Source: Candidatus Latescibacterota bacterium (GTDB lineage: Bacteria; Latescibacterota; UBA2968; SICM01). Taken from it: DNA of 64,000 bases. The DNA lies in contig CBDCJO010000002.1 of assembly GCA_965217865.1 (NCBI GenBank), positions 1,056,001 to 1,120,000 of the forward strand. The letters are read 5' to 3'. Under the pieces are notes generated by a model. The model did not search any database. It worked only from the letters and a program-made list of their open reading frames with translations, and was not told where the DNA came from. Each line of letters begins with the position of its first letter. Within the stretch, counting starts at the first letter, position 1. Made by a program: the position numbers and the translations under genes. Positions 52,971-63,183 of this stretch are shown one piece after another.

Positions 52971-54311
52971 ATGTCCGAGAAATTCAGCGTCGCCAGGTCC
53001 ATGGAAATCTACAAACGTGCCGGAGAGCTGATCCCCGGCTGGACGCAATTGATCAGCCGGCGAGCGAGCTCCTTCGCAAGCGGCTTCAATCCCGTCTACG
53101 CGCAGCGGGCCAAGGGATCGCGCTTTGTAGACGTGGATGGAAACGAATATATCGACTGGGTCAACGCCGTTGGCGCGGTCATCCTGGGGCACGCGGATGA
53201 AGTGGTCGACAGCGCCGTCAAGGCACAGATCGACCGCGGGAGCATCTACACGGTGAACAGCCCCCTGGAAATTGAGCTGGCCGAGGTGTTGATCGATACC
53301 ATCCCCAGCGCGGAGATGGTCCGCTACACCAAAGCAGGGGGCGAAGCGTGCGCGGTTGCTGTCCGGATCGCCCGGGGAAAGACCGGCCGGGACAAAATCC
53401 TGTTCTGCGGCTACCACGGGTGGCACGACTGGTACCAGGCCGCCAACTTCGGCGCCGATCCCGAAACGGGGTCCTACCCGATTTCCGGAGTTGAGCCGAT
53501 CGGCATCCCAAAAGTCCTGGCCGGCACTGTGATTCCCTTTCTGGACGGGGACGTGGAGATGCTGGAGGGACTCTTGAATGAACACACGGGAGAGGTGGCC
53601 GCAATCATCATGGAACCCGTTCGTACTGGAATGCCGGACCGGGACTACCTGAAAAAGGTCAAGGAGCTCGCAAAGGCACACGACGTCATCCTGATCTTCG
53701 ATGAGGTTTCCTCCGGCTGGCGGCTGAAGATCGGAGGCGTCCAGGAATATGTGGGGGTGACCCCGGACATGACCGTCGTGGCCAAGGCCATGTCGAACGG
53801 ATATCCGATGGGTGCCGTGGTCGGCTCTAAAGCCGTGATGGAACCCGCGGCTCGGATGTTTATATCCAGCTCATACTGGAGCGACAACATCGGACTCGTC
53901 GCCTCGATCACCACCATACGGGAATTGAAACGGCGCGACTCGGAGACCCGCTTCCGAGAGATCGGAGAGAAACTCCAGAAGGCGATAAACGACGTCATCG
54001 GAGCAGTTGGCCTGTCCGGATCCTGCGCCCACGGCATTGTCTCACATCCGTCCCTGGAGTTGGATCTCCCCGACGAGTCGATCCGGCCCAAGGTCACCAC
54101 CCTGTTCATCCAGGAGATGGCACGGCGGGGGGTCCACACCTATAACCACTTAAAAGCCACCCTCGCCCATACGGATGAGGACATCGAGCGCACGGCAGAG
54201 GCCGCGGCCGGGGCCCTGAAGGTGATCAAGTCGGGCCTCGAGAACGATAACTTGGACAGCCTGGTGAAAAGCCCCACGAAGAGGGAGCCGTTTCGCCGGC
54301 TCGTTCGGTGA
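52971..54311 (+). CDS. Class III PLP aminotransferase (GSA aminomutase-like)
   Basis: AKGSRFVDVDGNEYID, GYHGWHDW, IFDEV, AKAMSNGYP. Confidence 0.9.
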   Translation: MSEKFSVARSMEIYKRAGELIPGWTQLISRRASSFASGFNPVYAQRAKGSRFVDVDGNEYIDWVNAVGAVILGHADEVVDSAVKAQIDRGSIYTVNSPLEIELAEVLIDTIPSAEMVRYTKAGGEACAVAVRIARGKTGRDKILFCGYHGWHDWYQAANFGADPETGSYPISGVEPIGIPKVLAGTVIPFLDGDVEMLEGLLNEHTGEVAAIIMEPVRTGMPDRDYLKKVKELAKAHDVILIFDEVSSGWRLKIGGVQEYVGVTPDMTVVAKAMSNGYPMGAVVGSKAVMEPAARMFISSSYWSDNIGLVASITTIRELKRRDSETRFREIGEKLQKAINDVIGAVGLSGSCAHGIVSHPSLELDLPDESIRPKVTTLFIQEMARRGVHTYNHLKATLAHTDEDIERTAEAAAGALKVIKSGLENDNLDSLVKSPTKREPFRRLVR

Positions 54312-55219
54312 TTGGAGAAACTCCAGCCGTGACTGCGTGGACGTGCGCTCTGGAATTGGACAGCTCCCGTAAAATCCGGGGGGGAGGGGAAGAAGCCCTG
54401 TGCGACGCCATCCGTCGCGGATCCGATCTCCGGATCAACACGGAGTTCCGTCACAACGAACACATTGATCTGGAAAGCGACAATCCCGAATCGGTCCGGG
54501 AGGTTGCGGAGTTTCGTGTCACCTACCTGATCGAAGACCGCTGGACCGCCGGCATCATGAGCTTGCGCCAGCCCGTCAGCCTACCTGACCGGTTCGGCGG
54601 CCGGGCCTCCATGTCGTTTTTCCTATACAACCAGGATGGAATCCAGGCCATCGCCCGGCCGCACCTCGACGAAAAGATCGATCAAGTTACGCCCGAGGCT
54701 TCAATTGACCGGCAGATGGTCAAATATCATCTGATCGATTCCTGGGACACGGACACGAACGCACCCAGTCAGAACTTTATCTACGACTTCGAAGTGTATC
54801 GCTTTTGGGTCCGGGACGAATGGCGGGAAGTCCTCTCCCACGATGCAGACGGCCGTGTGGCTTCAGGCTCCATAGACGACTTGGCGGATGCCTTCTCTCA
54901 AGGGTGTGAAGTGAAACTCGCGATTCGAGGCCTCTGTTCAGACCTCGTGGAAAATAAGGATGAGGCTCTCGATCACGAACTCTTTGTTCACGCGGGGTCC
55001 TGTTATTATTACACGGAGGAAAGACTGTTCATCGCGGGCAGCCACCCTGTTGTGCGGGTCAGACCCGGAATTCCGATGGCCTACAAGAGCGGGGGGTGGG
55101 ACTTCGGTTGGATGATCCTAAGAACGGACGGCCTCGTCGTAAAACGGATCTGCGATCCGTACACCCTGAAATTTTCCGACAGCCGGATTCGCCATCCGTT
55201 GAGATGGTTTGTTCGTTGA
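54308..55219 (+). CDS. Hypothetical protein, translationally coupled to the aminotransferase
   Basis: GTGA overlap; 303 aa; duplicated motif L.DAIRRGSDLRI / LADAFSQGCEVKL. Confidence 0.75.
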   Translation: MIGETPAVTAWTCALELDSSRKIRGGGEEALCDAIRRGSDLRINTEFRHNEHIDLESDNPESVREVAEFRVTYLIEDRWTAGIMSLRQPVSLPDRFGGRASMSFFLYNQDGIQAIARPHLDEKIDQVTPEASIDRQMVKYHLIDSWDTDTNAPSQNFIYDFEVYRFWVRDEWREVLSHDADGRVASGSIDDLADAFSQGCEVKLAIRGLCSDLVENKDEALDHELFVHAGSCYYYTEERLFIAGSHPVVRVRPGIPMAYKSGGWDFGWMILRTDGLVVKRICDPYTLKFSDSRIRHPLRWFVR

Positions 55220-55245
55220 CACGATACTTCCCGGAGATGTCATCC

Positions 55246-56085
55246 ATGATTAACGAAAAAATCGACGGCCGGGATTGGTCAGCCTTGACGCTGGGGGAGC
55301 GGATCCGGCAAGTCGAGCTCGAAGGCTATCTGGTGATCCCGGACCTGCTTTCCCCCGATCACATCTCCAGGCTTAAGACACAGGCCGAGAAGTTCGAAAC
55401 CGTCGCGAGGGACTACAGCGAACGCCAGCGCGGGAGACCCAAAATCCAGTTCGAAGGTGGTGCGATCACCGAGCTGATCGCGCACCCCCCGACCATCGCG
55501 TTCTTGGGGGAACTGTTCGGCGATGAGATCGTCTTCTTGAGTTACGGCTACGACCGGTCCGAGCCCGGTACCCCGGGAATCAGCCTTCATACCGATGGCC
55601 AACCCTACGGTTCCGGGATCTTCGGATACAACGGGAGCTGTCCCTTCACCATTCGAGTATTATACTACCTCGACGACCTGATACCGGAAGTATCGCCGTT
55701 CCGAGTAATTCCCAGATCCCACCTCTGCATGCACGATGACGCCAACGCCTACAAGCGCTACGAAAGCCATCCCGAACAGGTGATCGTGCCGTGCAAAGCG
55801 GGTTCGGCCGTCTTCCTCAACCATCGGACTTTCCACGGGACCCTGCCAAACGTCGGCGACTGGACTCGCTCCGTGCTGGCAATCGCCTACCGGCCGGGTT
55901 GGGCCGGCCCGATCGACAAAGTCGATGAATGGGATTCCACGGATCTGGAAAAACTCCCAGCCCACATCCGACGATTTTTCATCGATCCGAACACACGTCA
56001 CTGGGAATGGGGTGTGAGTAATAAACCCCCGGACATGACTCACGAAGCCCCGGGCCTGAACCCAAGTCGTTGGAAAAGGATGTGA
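55246..56085 (+). CDS. PhyH-family dioxygenase
   Basis: EGYLVIPDLL, LHTDG, VIPRSH, NHRTFHG. Confidence 0.9.
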   Translation: MINEKIDGRDWSALTLGERIRQVELEGYLVIPDLLSPDHISRLKTQAEKFETVARDYSERQRGRPKIQFEGGAITELIAHPPTIAFLGELFGDEIVFLSYGYDRSEPGTPGISLHTDGQPYGSGIFGYNGSCPFTIRVLYYLDDLIPEVSPFRVIPRSHLCMHDDANAYKRYESHPEQVIVPCKAGSAVFLNHRTFHGTLPNVGDWTRSVLAIAYRPGWAGPIDKVDEWDSTDLEKLPAHIRRFFIDPNTRHWEWGVSNKPPDMTHEAPGLNPSRWKRM

Positions 56086-56089
56086 TGAA

Positions 56090-56983
56090 ATGGACCTTCG
56101 TGAACGCTACTTCTGGGACATCACGGGCTACCTGATCCTCAGAGACCTCCTCACCCCCGATGAGATCGCCGAAGCCAATGAGGCTGTGGATCGAAACATG
56201 GACCGGATGGTGACGGGGAAGGACAACGCCGGCGCCCAGGATTCCCAAAGTTTGAGAGGCAAGGGGCAGGCTCTGATCCCAAATCTACTCGAATGGGAGA
56301 AACCTAACTGCGATCCGTTTCGAAAGATGCTCGTGCACCCCGAAGTTGTAAAACGGCTGAACATCATGCTTGGAGTCGGATTTCGGCACGATCACGGCCC
56401 CTGGGTCTCTTACAGCGAGAAAGGAACCGAAGGCCTGGTCATGCACGGCCGGGGAGAGCCCCATAAACCCGAAGTCGCCTATCACCACCAGGACGGCGTG
56501 ATGTACTGCGGGGGCGTAACCGTCACCTGGCAGCTGGTGGACGTGAACGCCGGAGACGGGGGATTTACATGTGTTCCCGGAAGCCACAAGGCCAAGTTTC
56601 CCCTCCCCAACGGCGTTCGTACCTGCGACGACGATATGGATCTGGTGATCCAGCCCGCATTGAAGGCAGGCGACGTCATCCTCTTTATGGACGGCGCCCA
56701 AACCCACGGCACCCACCCCTGGAGAAACGAGATCCCTCGCCGGTCCGTCCTTTTCAAGTATGCGAGCAGGACCTCTGTCCGGTCTGGCGGGAACCAGGTA
56801 GCCCCTCCTGAAATATACTGGGGTGAGGAGACGGTCGAGGGGATGACCGAAGAAGAGCGTGCCGTCATGCATGGACCCGGCTCAATCGCTCAAAATACTT
56901 ACCTTGAGGTGGACGAAGACGGGTCTGTTCGGCTAAAGAATAAACCCGTTGCACGAAGCGGCAGAGGCGAAAAGAAATTTTGA
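56090..56983 (+). CDS. PhyH-family protein with non-canonical metal motif
   Basis: WDITGYLILRDLL, MHGRG in place of HxD, CVPGSHK, QTHGT. Confidence 0.88.
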   Translation: MDLRERYFWDITGYLILRDLLTPDEIAEANEAVDRNMDRMVTGKDNAGAQDSQSLRGKGQALIPNLLEWEKPNCDPFRKMLVHPEVVKRLNIMLGVGFRHDHGPWVSYSEKGTEGLVMHGRGEPHKPEVAYHHQDGVMYCGGVTVTWQLVDVNAGDGGFTCVPGSHKAKFPLPNGVRTCDDDMDLVIQPALKAGDVILFMDGAQTHGTHPWRNEIPRRSVLFKYASRTSVRSGGNQVAPPEIYWGEETVEGMTEEERAVMHGPGSIAQNTYLEVDEDGSVRLKNKPVARSGRGEKKF

Positions 56984-57035
56984 CTTGAGCTGCGAGGGAT
57001 AGGGTGAGGGGGGGTGGAAGGAGACAAAAAGAGGG

Positions 57036-57794
57036 TTAAACGCAGCCCGGATATTCCTGTCCTCTCATAAGAGGATATTCGGGCATTTCTTCGGGGGGGC
57101 CTGTCCAGCGGGACCTGGCGCTCATATAGTGAGACGCGAGCCCGCGCCGCCGGTGTTGCGTATTGTTCGGGCCGGACCGGTGAAGCAGCAGGCTATGGTG
57201 GAAAGAGACACTGCCCGCCTTCATGGTAATCGAAACCTCCTTGCTTCGATCGAAAGCGGAGTCGGGCACGCACTTGTCCCTGCGGTCGCCGACTATCCAA
57301 GGCTGGCTGTGTGCAAGCGGTCCGCCCTTGTGGCTCTCCGGAACCACCCACAAACATCCGTTCTCCAGGGTGACGTCATCCATGGCGGCCCACGAACTGG
57401 TCAGATCCATAGGCTCTATTGTAAAATAAGGGGAGTCCTGATGATAGGTCTTTTCGACCCCCCCGGGAGGTTTCAAGAAAAACTGATCCCCCATGAGTTT
57501 GATGTCCGGGCCGATCAGGCTCTCAACGACATCCAGAATACCTGGGTTTAGCGCGTGGTTCAGGAAGACCTGGTCGAATTCGGCACAGTGATTTAGTTTT
57601 CGAAAGTTATCCAGATGCCGGGTTCGGTCCGCATTGGGTTCGAACTCCATGTATTTCTCGGGAAAATCCGTGCGCCCCTCGGCAATTTCAACAACCCGCT
57701 GGCGGATGATCTCCAGGTCCGGTTCAGACAACAGGTCTTCCACTACGATAAATCCATCCCGCCTGTATTGAGCCACCTGCTCTTCAGAAAGCAT
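57036..57794 (-). CDS. PhyH-family dioxygenase
   Basis: YRRDGFIVV, KPP, YHQDSPY, ENGCLWVVPESH, HHSLLLHRS. Confidence 0.93.
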   Translation of the reverse strand: MLSEEQVAQYRRDGFIVVEDLLSEPDLEIIRQRVVEIAEGRTDFPEKYMEFEPNADRTRHLDNFRKLNHCAEFDQVFLNHALNPGILDVVESLIGPDIKLMGDQFFLKPPGGVEKTYHQDSPYFTIEPMDLTSSWAAMDDVTLENGCLWVVPESHKGGPLAHSQPWIVGDRRDKCVPDSAFDRSKEVSITMKAGSVSFHHSLLLHRSGPNNTQHRRRGLASHYMSARSRWTGPPEEMPEYPLMRGQEYPGCV

Positions 57795-57957
57795 ATCTTC
57801 TTCTCTCCTGCCATTATTGGCATTCGATGTTCCGATCCTGCATGAAAAATATAGTTTTCCCCCTTACGACGCAAGGTCTCATGAAATAAAGTGCAAACCA
57901 AGGGAGTTGACGTCCAGGGTATGTGTGATCCTCTTCTGACACGATAAGGAAAAAACG

Positions 57958-59913
57958 ATGGAGACCATCAAGGCAACGGAAATCGCAGCGCCACCGGGCT
58001 GGGCCCTTTTGCAGCGGGAGTTGATCCGCTCGGCAGAGGAGGGGGCGGCGTTGTGGGCGGAGAAGTACATGGATCCGGCGGGGGTGGTGTTCTGGACCGA
58101 CGACGTGGATGACCTCTACGAGAGGTTTCACAACTGGGGTCTTTTTTACGCCATCGGCGCCGAAAAGCGTGTGTTCGAAATCGCCCTTCAAGGGTGGCAC
58201 GCGACCACGAGGTTCTTCGACGAGGGGGTCGTCAACCGGATCCATCCCCGGTTCAAGCCCCAGATTCATAAGGAATACTACAACCTCGCCGTCCCAGGTG
58301 GGGCGGAATGGCACCACAAGAGCGAAGGCAACGTGGCCTTTTATGAATTTGGACTGGCCGATCCGACGATCTCGGAGAACGTGCGTCGGGCCAGACGGTT
58401 CGCTGCGTTCTACATGGACGAGGACCCGGAGGCGCCGAACTACGATCCCCGCTACAGAATATTCAGGTCTCCCATTCAGAGCAGCCGTGGTCCGTACCTT
58501 GAGGCCACGGTCGATAACGTGAAGAGTTGGTTGGACCCGGTCTATTATGGCAACAGCGTCTACAAAGGCCAGCCGAGAGGCATCGCCCGCCGGTCGAGTC
58601 TGTATCCTATAGTAGCGGACCTGGAACCGGAGTGGTACGAGAATCCCGAGCGGGCAAAGGAGATTCTCGCGCTGTTCGACAGGATGGTCCTGAACGGAGA
58701 TGTGGCCAACAGTCTGGCCGCAACCGCGCTGATCACCAACGCCTATCTCTACACCGGGGAGGAGAAGTACAGGAAATGGGTCCTCGGATATGTAGACGGC
58801 TGGATGGACCGGATGCGGCGCAACAACGGGATCATGCCGGACAATGTGGGGCCCACCGGAAAGATCGGGGAACAGCGGGACGGGCAGTGGTGGGGCGGGC
58901 TCTACGGCTGGAACAGCCGTTTCTCTGGGGATATCATGTTCCACTCCCTGACCGTAGCCGCCGAGTGTGCCCTACTCGTGTCGGGTGACTACGGATATCT
59001 CGACCTCCTTCGTTCTCAGCTCGACCTCCTCCTTGGCATGTCCGAGTCCCGGGCTGACGGACAGCTTGTGGCGCCTCATCGGCACGGCCCGAACGGGTGG
59101 GAGGAATTCAGGCAGATGCGGATTCGGGAGTTCGCACACCTCTGGCACGCATCGATGGACCCCGGGGATTTCGAACGGATCGAGAGACTGCGGGATGGGG
59201 ACAGGGAGAGAGATTGGAATCAGGTGGGTTCGGGGGGAGACGGGCGAGGCGGGGAGTCGGAATATTCGCGGTTTCAATACTATGGCAATAAAAATCCGGA
59301 CTGGCCCGAGAAGATCATGAGGGCCGAGCTGAACTACGTGCTGACCGCAACCGAGGGAATGCGCCGGGATTCACGGGATGTCGACACGATACTTGCCGAG
59401 AACCGCTGCCCGCCGAACCCTGTTGTCACGAAGGGCCTGACCCAGGTGACGATTGGTGCACCGAAGACCGTCTACAACGGCGGGCTTCTACAGGCACGGG
59501 TGCGTTACTTTGACCCGTCCGCGGATCGGCCGGGTCTGCCTGAGGATGTTGCTGCCCTGGTAGAGAGGCTGGAGGCTGAACGGATCGTTGTCCGATTCAT
59601 AAACCTGAGCAAAACCCAAACTCGGAAACTGATCGTTCAGGCCGGGGCATTCGGAGAGCACCGATTCACGGAAGTCAGGTTCGAGGAAATAGAGGGAGAC
59701 CGAGAAGGTGGAGATCCCGCTGGATGGACCCGTGCCACCCGAACGAGGAAGGAAAAAACCGTTTCCGTGGACGGGGTGCACCTTGCCGTCGAGCTTCCCC
59801 GCACAACTTCCATACGGATCGACATCGGAATGCGGCGCTTCGTGAACAAGCCCAGCTACGCATTCCCGTGGCACGGAGGAAAGCTGCCGGTTCCATTTCA
59901 AGTCACGAAATGA
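57958..59913 (+). CDS. Conserved hypothetical protein (651 aa), possibly an alpha/alpha-barrel enzyme
   Basis: Long ORF with AAGGA RBS; DDVDDLYERF, EWHH.SEG, PDNVG, PGLPEDVAALV, VQAGAFGEH. Confidence 0.8.
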   Translation: METIKATEIAAPPGWALLQRELIRSAEEGAALWAEKYMDPAGVVFWTDDVDDLYERFHNWGLFYAIGAEKRVFEIALQGWHATTRFFDEGVVNRIHPRFKPQIHKEYYNLAVPGGAEWHHKSEGNVAFYEFGLADPTISENVRRARRFAAFYMDEDPEAPNYDPRYRIFRSPIQSSRGPYLEATVDNVKSWLDPVYYGNSVYKGQPRGIARRSSLYPIVADLEPEWYENPERAKEILALFDRMVLNGDVANSLAATALITNAYLYTGEEKYRKWVLGYVDGWMDRMRRNNGIMPDNVGPTGKIGEQRDGQWWGGLYGWNSRFSGDIMFHSLTVAAECALLVSGDYGYLDLLRSQLDLLLGMSESRADGQLVAPHRHGPNGWEEFRQMRIREFAHLWHASMDPGDFERIERLRDGDRERDWNQVGSGGDGRGGESEYSRFQYYGNKNPDWPEKIMRAELNYVLTATEGMRRDSRDVDTILAENRCPPNPVVTKGLTQVTIGAPKTVYNGGLLQARVRYFDPSADRPGLPEDVAALVERLEAERIVVRFINLSKTQTRKLIVQAGAFGEHRFTEVRFEEIEGDREGGDPAGWTRATRTRKEKTVSVDGVHLAVELPRTTSIRIDIGMRRFVNKPSYAFPWHGGKLPVPFQVTK

Positions 59914-59986
59914 ACATGAGCAAAGTGCCTTATCCCCACTTGACGTATGGGGTGCTTAGAGAGTTCTGTGCCAATAGGAGATCAAT

Positions 59987-60610
59987 ATGTCCGCATTATT
60001 CGAAAATTTAGCGGAAATCATACGAAGTTCCTCATCCAATCCGCTTTCATTGATTGCGTTGATGGTTATTGCCATCTCAATCATCAGTTTCTTCTTCTTT
60101 AGAAACGCATCTGAAAAATTACGTTTCGGTGTTTTTGGCCTCATGTTTTGTGGGATCGCTGTTTTTGTTTTTTCGGTCCTTACGGCGGACTCTATTCAGA
60201 AGATGGAAGGTAAACCCGTAGAGAAGCAATCGCCGCCAAAGAAAAATACCATTCCGGTGTCTGCAAAATCTCCTGATGGCGCCGTATTCATCAATCCATT
60301 CAACTTCGCTGCAAAGTTTAAATTTACAGCCAACGCCGACCAGACCTGGCAGTTTACGAGAGACTGGCCGCACGGCCCCGGGGGCGTCGATGAGGCACAC
60401 GATGAGTACAAGCTTCCGGGGGCACCCAAAGGGAGCCTGATTATCAGACGGGGCACCGACAATTACGAATTGATCGGAGTAGGTGCAATCGTAGATCTCT
60501 CTCCCCAGGAAGAGGTCCGTTTTCTGATGAACGATTCGAAGAAATCGAAGGACTACGATGATAATAGCGGAGAGGTGATTGTTGAGTGGAGAGTAATTCA
60601 GGACAATTGA
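59987..60610 (+). CDS. Membrane-anchored protein with LecA/PA-IL-like C-terminal domain
   Basis: Two N-terminal TMs; HGPGG, PGAPKGSLI, FLMND....DYDDNSGEVIV. Confidence 0.65.
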   Translation: MSALFENLAEIIRSSSSNPLSLIALMVIAISIISFFFFRNASEKLRFGVFGLMFCGIAVFVFSVLTADSIQKMEGKPVEKQSPPKKNTIPVSAKSPDGAVFINPFNFAAKFKFTANADQTWQFTRDWPHGPGGVDEAHDEYKLPGAPKGSLIIRRGTDNYELIGVGAIVDLSPQEEVRFLMNDSKKSKDYDDNSGEVIVEWRVIQDN

Positions 60611-60649
60611 CCATCAACCCCCCCTTCACGTAAATCCTTTTTGAATCCC

Positions 60650-62053
60650 ATGAATGAAACCGACCTGTGCTATCTGTCCGCCATTGAGCTGAGCTCGCTT
60701 TATCAGAAGCGCGAGATGTCGCCCGTTGAAGTGACGCAGGCTGTGTTAAACCGAATCGAAAGGCTCAACCCCGGTCTCAACGCCTTCATCACCGTCACGC
60801 CTGAACGTGCTCTGAAACAGGCACGGGCGGCTGAGCAGGCTTACATGCAAAGCGGTTCACCGGCCCCCCTGGCCGGCATACCCGGTTCCTTAAAGGACCT
60901 TACGGCGACAAAAGGAATTCGCACCACACGCGGTTCGCTGTTGTACAAAGACTGGGTTCCCGATTATGACGCACCCATTGCGGAGCGACTGTATGCCGCA
61001 GGAATGGTCATGCTCGGCAAGACAAACACCCCCGAATGGGGTTGGAAAGGGGACTCGGGAAATCGCCTGATCGGTCCGACGCAAAATCCATGGAAACAGG
61101 GATCCACTGCCGGCGGGTCGAGCGGCGGGGCGGCAGCAGCGGTCGCCGCAGGAATGGGTCCCATCTCTCAGGGATCGGATGGGGCGGGTTCAATCCGCAT
61201 ACCCGCCGGATTTTGCGGTATCTTCGGCTTCAAGCCGTCCTGGGGGCTCGTCCCTCAGTACCCCGCCAGCGTGGTGGAAATGCTCTCGCACGCCGGACCG
61301 ATGGCCCGGTCTGTCCGGGATGCAGCCCTCATGCTCACCGTGATGGCGGGCGAAGACCCTCGCGACCGCGTTTCGTTCCCAGATCAAACCGATTACCTGA
61401 AAGCGATGGAGGGAGGGATTGCGGGTCTTCGTGTAGCGTGGTCCCCTGATCTGGGCTACGCCATCGTCGATCAGGAAGTAAGGGAGATCGCAGCTGCGGC
61501 GGCAGGACGTTTTGAGGAACTCGGCTGTCTCGTGGAGGAAGCCCATCCCGACTTGCCTAACCCGTGGGAGATGGTGAATACGATCTGGGCTTCCGCATTC
61601 GCCGGGATGGTTCGAAGACAAAATCTTGAGAATTTTGACCTTTTGGATCCCGGCCTGGTAAAGGTTGTTGAACAGGGGGAATGGCTCTCCGCCGCGGAAC
61701 TGGCCGCGGCCTACATCGGACAGAACGAATACTACCACGGCTGGCGGAGGTTCATGGAGGACTTCGACCTCCTGCTGACCCCCACACTCCCCGTGACGGC
61801 TTTCACGGCCGGACACGATCGCCCGGAGGAGATCGAGGGCCGGCCCACCACCTATCTGGGCTGGACACCATTTACGTATCCGTTCAACCTCACCGGACAA
61901 CCCGCCGCCACGCTGCCATGCGGTTTCGCACGCAATGGCCTGCCCGTCGGGCTACAGGTCGTCGGGGGCCGGCGCGAAGACGTAACCGTGCTTCGGGCGT
62001 CCGCCGCGTTCGAGTCGATCTCGCCATGGTCCGGGAAGCGCCCCTTGCTATGA
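60650..62053 (+). CDS. Amidase-signature family protein
   Basis: LKDL, GKTNTPE, GGSSGGAAAAVAAG, GSDGAGSIRIPA. Confidence 0.95.
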   Translation: MNETDLCYLSAIELSSLYQKREMSPVEVTQAVLNRIERLNPGLNAFITVTPERALKQARAAEQAYMQSGSPAPLAGIPGSLKDLTATKGIRTTRGSLLYKDWVPDYDAPIAERLYAAGMVMLGKTNTPEWGWKGDSGNRLIGPTQNPWKQGSTAGGSSGGAAAAVAAGMGPISQGSDGAGSIRIPAGFCGIFGFKPSWGLVPQYPASVVEMLSHAGPMARSVRDAALMLTVMAGEDPRDRVSFPDQTDYLKAMEGGIAGLRVAWSPDLGYAIVDQEVREIAAAAAGRFEELGCLVEEAHPDLPNPWEMVNTIWASAFAGMVRRQNLENFDLLDPGLVKVVEQGEWLSAAELAAAYIGQNEYYHGWRRFMEDFDLLLTPTLPVTAFTAGHDRPEEIEGRPTTYLGWTPFTYPFNLTGQPAATLPCGFARNGLPVGLQVVGGRREDVTVLRASAAFESISPWSGKRPLL

Positions 62054-62093
62054 GCGATTACACGATTCTTATCGTCAACGAACTCTCTCGGGA

Positions 62094-62909
62094 GTGAACC
62101 AGATGCCAACACAATCACAGATGGACCAATACCAGGATCAGGGATATTTCATCGCCGAAGATACGGTGGATCCCGAAATGATGCCGGAGCTTGTGGCCTC
62201 GGCCCGCAGGGTCAAACAGAAGGTTCGATCGGGGAAAGTGGACGTGTTTACGCATCGGGCGACCGATGAAAAAAATTCCGAGCCTTGGGCCATTCGCGGT
62301 CTATTGGCCCCTGAGTTTGAAGAGCCGATCTTCTCGGAATACCTGCTTTCCGAACCGGTCATGCGTTACGTCCACCACTTCCTGGGCACGGAGCTCAGAC
62401 TCGGAAGCATCACCATATTCACCAATCCCCACGAAAAGGATTTCGGTTTCGGCTGGCATCGGGACATAGATAAAACCAAACGAGATGTCACCCGGGACCA
62501 GGAGCTGGAGATCCTGAACCAGCCAGTGAAAACCTTCAAATGGCATCTCGCTTTGGTCGACGATGCATGCCTGCAGGTTGTCCCCGAAAGCCAGCGCCGC
62601 TACAGGACAGATTTAGAGCGTGAATGCCTGATCAACACCCGCCACAGGGACATACCAGGGCAGGAGGCTATCGGCCTGAAGGCAGGCCAGACAGCCTTCT
62701 GGAACGCCAATATCATTCACCGGGGCGTGATGCGGAAGGACATTGAGCGCCTTACCTTAGCGGCCTCCTGGGCAAAGCACGTGGAAGATGAAGAGCCCGG
62801 CGAAACCGACCACCGGTTCAAGTGGCGCCTTTCGGAGGAAGTCCGGGACAGCCTTCCCGATGCCATGTGGCCTTATTATGACCGCTGGCGCGCGTTGCAG
62901 TTGGGTTGA
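62094..62909 (+). CDS. PhyH-family dioxygenase
   Basis: YQDQGYFI, WHRD, LQVVPES, NIIHRG. Confidence 0.85.
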   Translation: MNQMPTQSQMDQYQDQGYFIAEDTVDPEMMPELVASARRVKQKVRSGKVDVFTHRATDEKNSEPWAIRGLLAPEFEEPIFSEYLLSEPVMRYVHHFLGTELRLGSITIFTNPHEKDFGFGWHRDIDKTKRDVTRDQELEILNQPVKTFKWHLALVDDACLQVVPESQRRYRTDLERECLINTRHRDIPGQEAIGLKAGQTAFWNANIIHRGVMRKDIERLTLAASWAKHVEDEEPGETDHRFKWRLSEEVRDSLPDAMWPYYDRWRALQLG

Positions 62910-62949
62910 GCAGAACTCCGTGAAGCGGGGAAGAATCTCTGAGATTATG

Positions 62950-63180
62950 GTAGGAGCCGCCTCCTGGCGACGAAGCCCTATTTAAATGTGATCATGGCCC
63001 TACAGAGCCAGTTCCCGGTCTGGAGACCGGTCCCACAACAACTTCTTTTGGCCACATTGGTTCCAGGATTTGATGTTCTGGATTAACCCCTTGGATTCTG
63101 TGGGACCCGACTCCAGTCGGGGAATTAGGCCATCAGCCAAAAGGAAATCCCCGTTCGTCGATCCTTCGGCTTCGCTTAGC
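62950..63180. repeat. REP-like palindrome cluster between convergent genes
   Basis: GTAGGAGCCGCCTCC..., CCGGTCTGGAGACCGGTCCCACA and TGTGGGACCCGACTCCAGTCGGG. Confidence 0.6.
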
Positions 63181-63183
63181 CTC

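Noticed and set aside
52971-54311. hemL as a tetrapyrrole gene
   Set aside because: The GYHGWHDW subtype and dioxygenase context suggest a paralog; no hem genes nearby.
57814-58944. Long antisense or overlapping ORFs (also 16197..17126, 29153..30124, 52725..53681)
   Set aside because: Shadow frames of well-supported genes in GC-rich DNA, with no motifs.
60650-62053. gatA
   Set aside because: No gatB or gatC adjacent; looks like a generic amidase.
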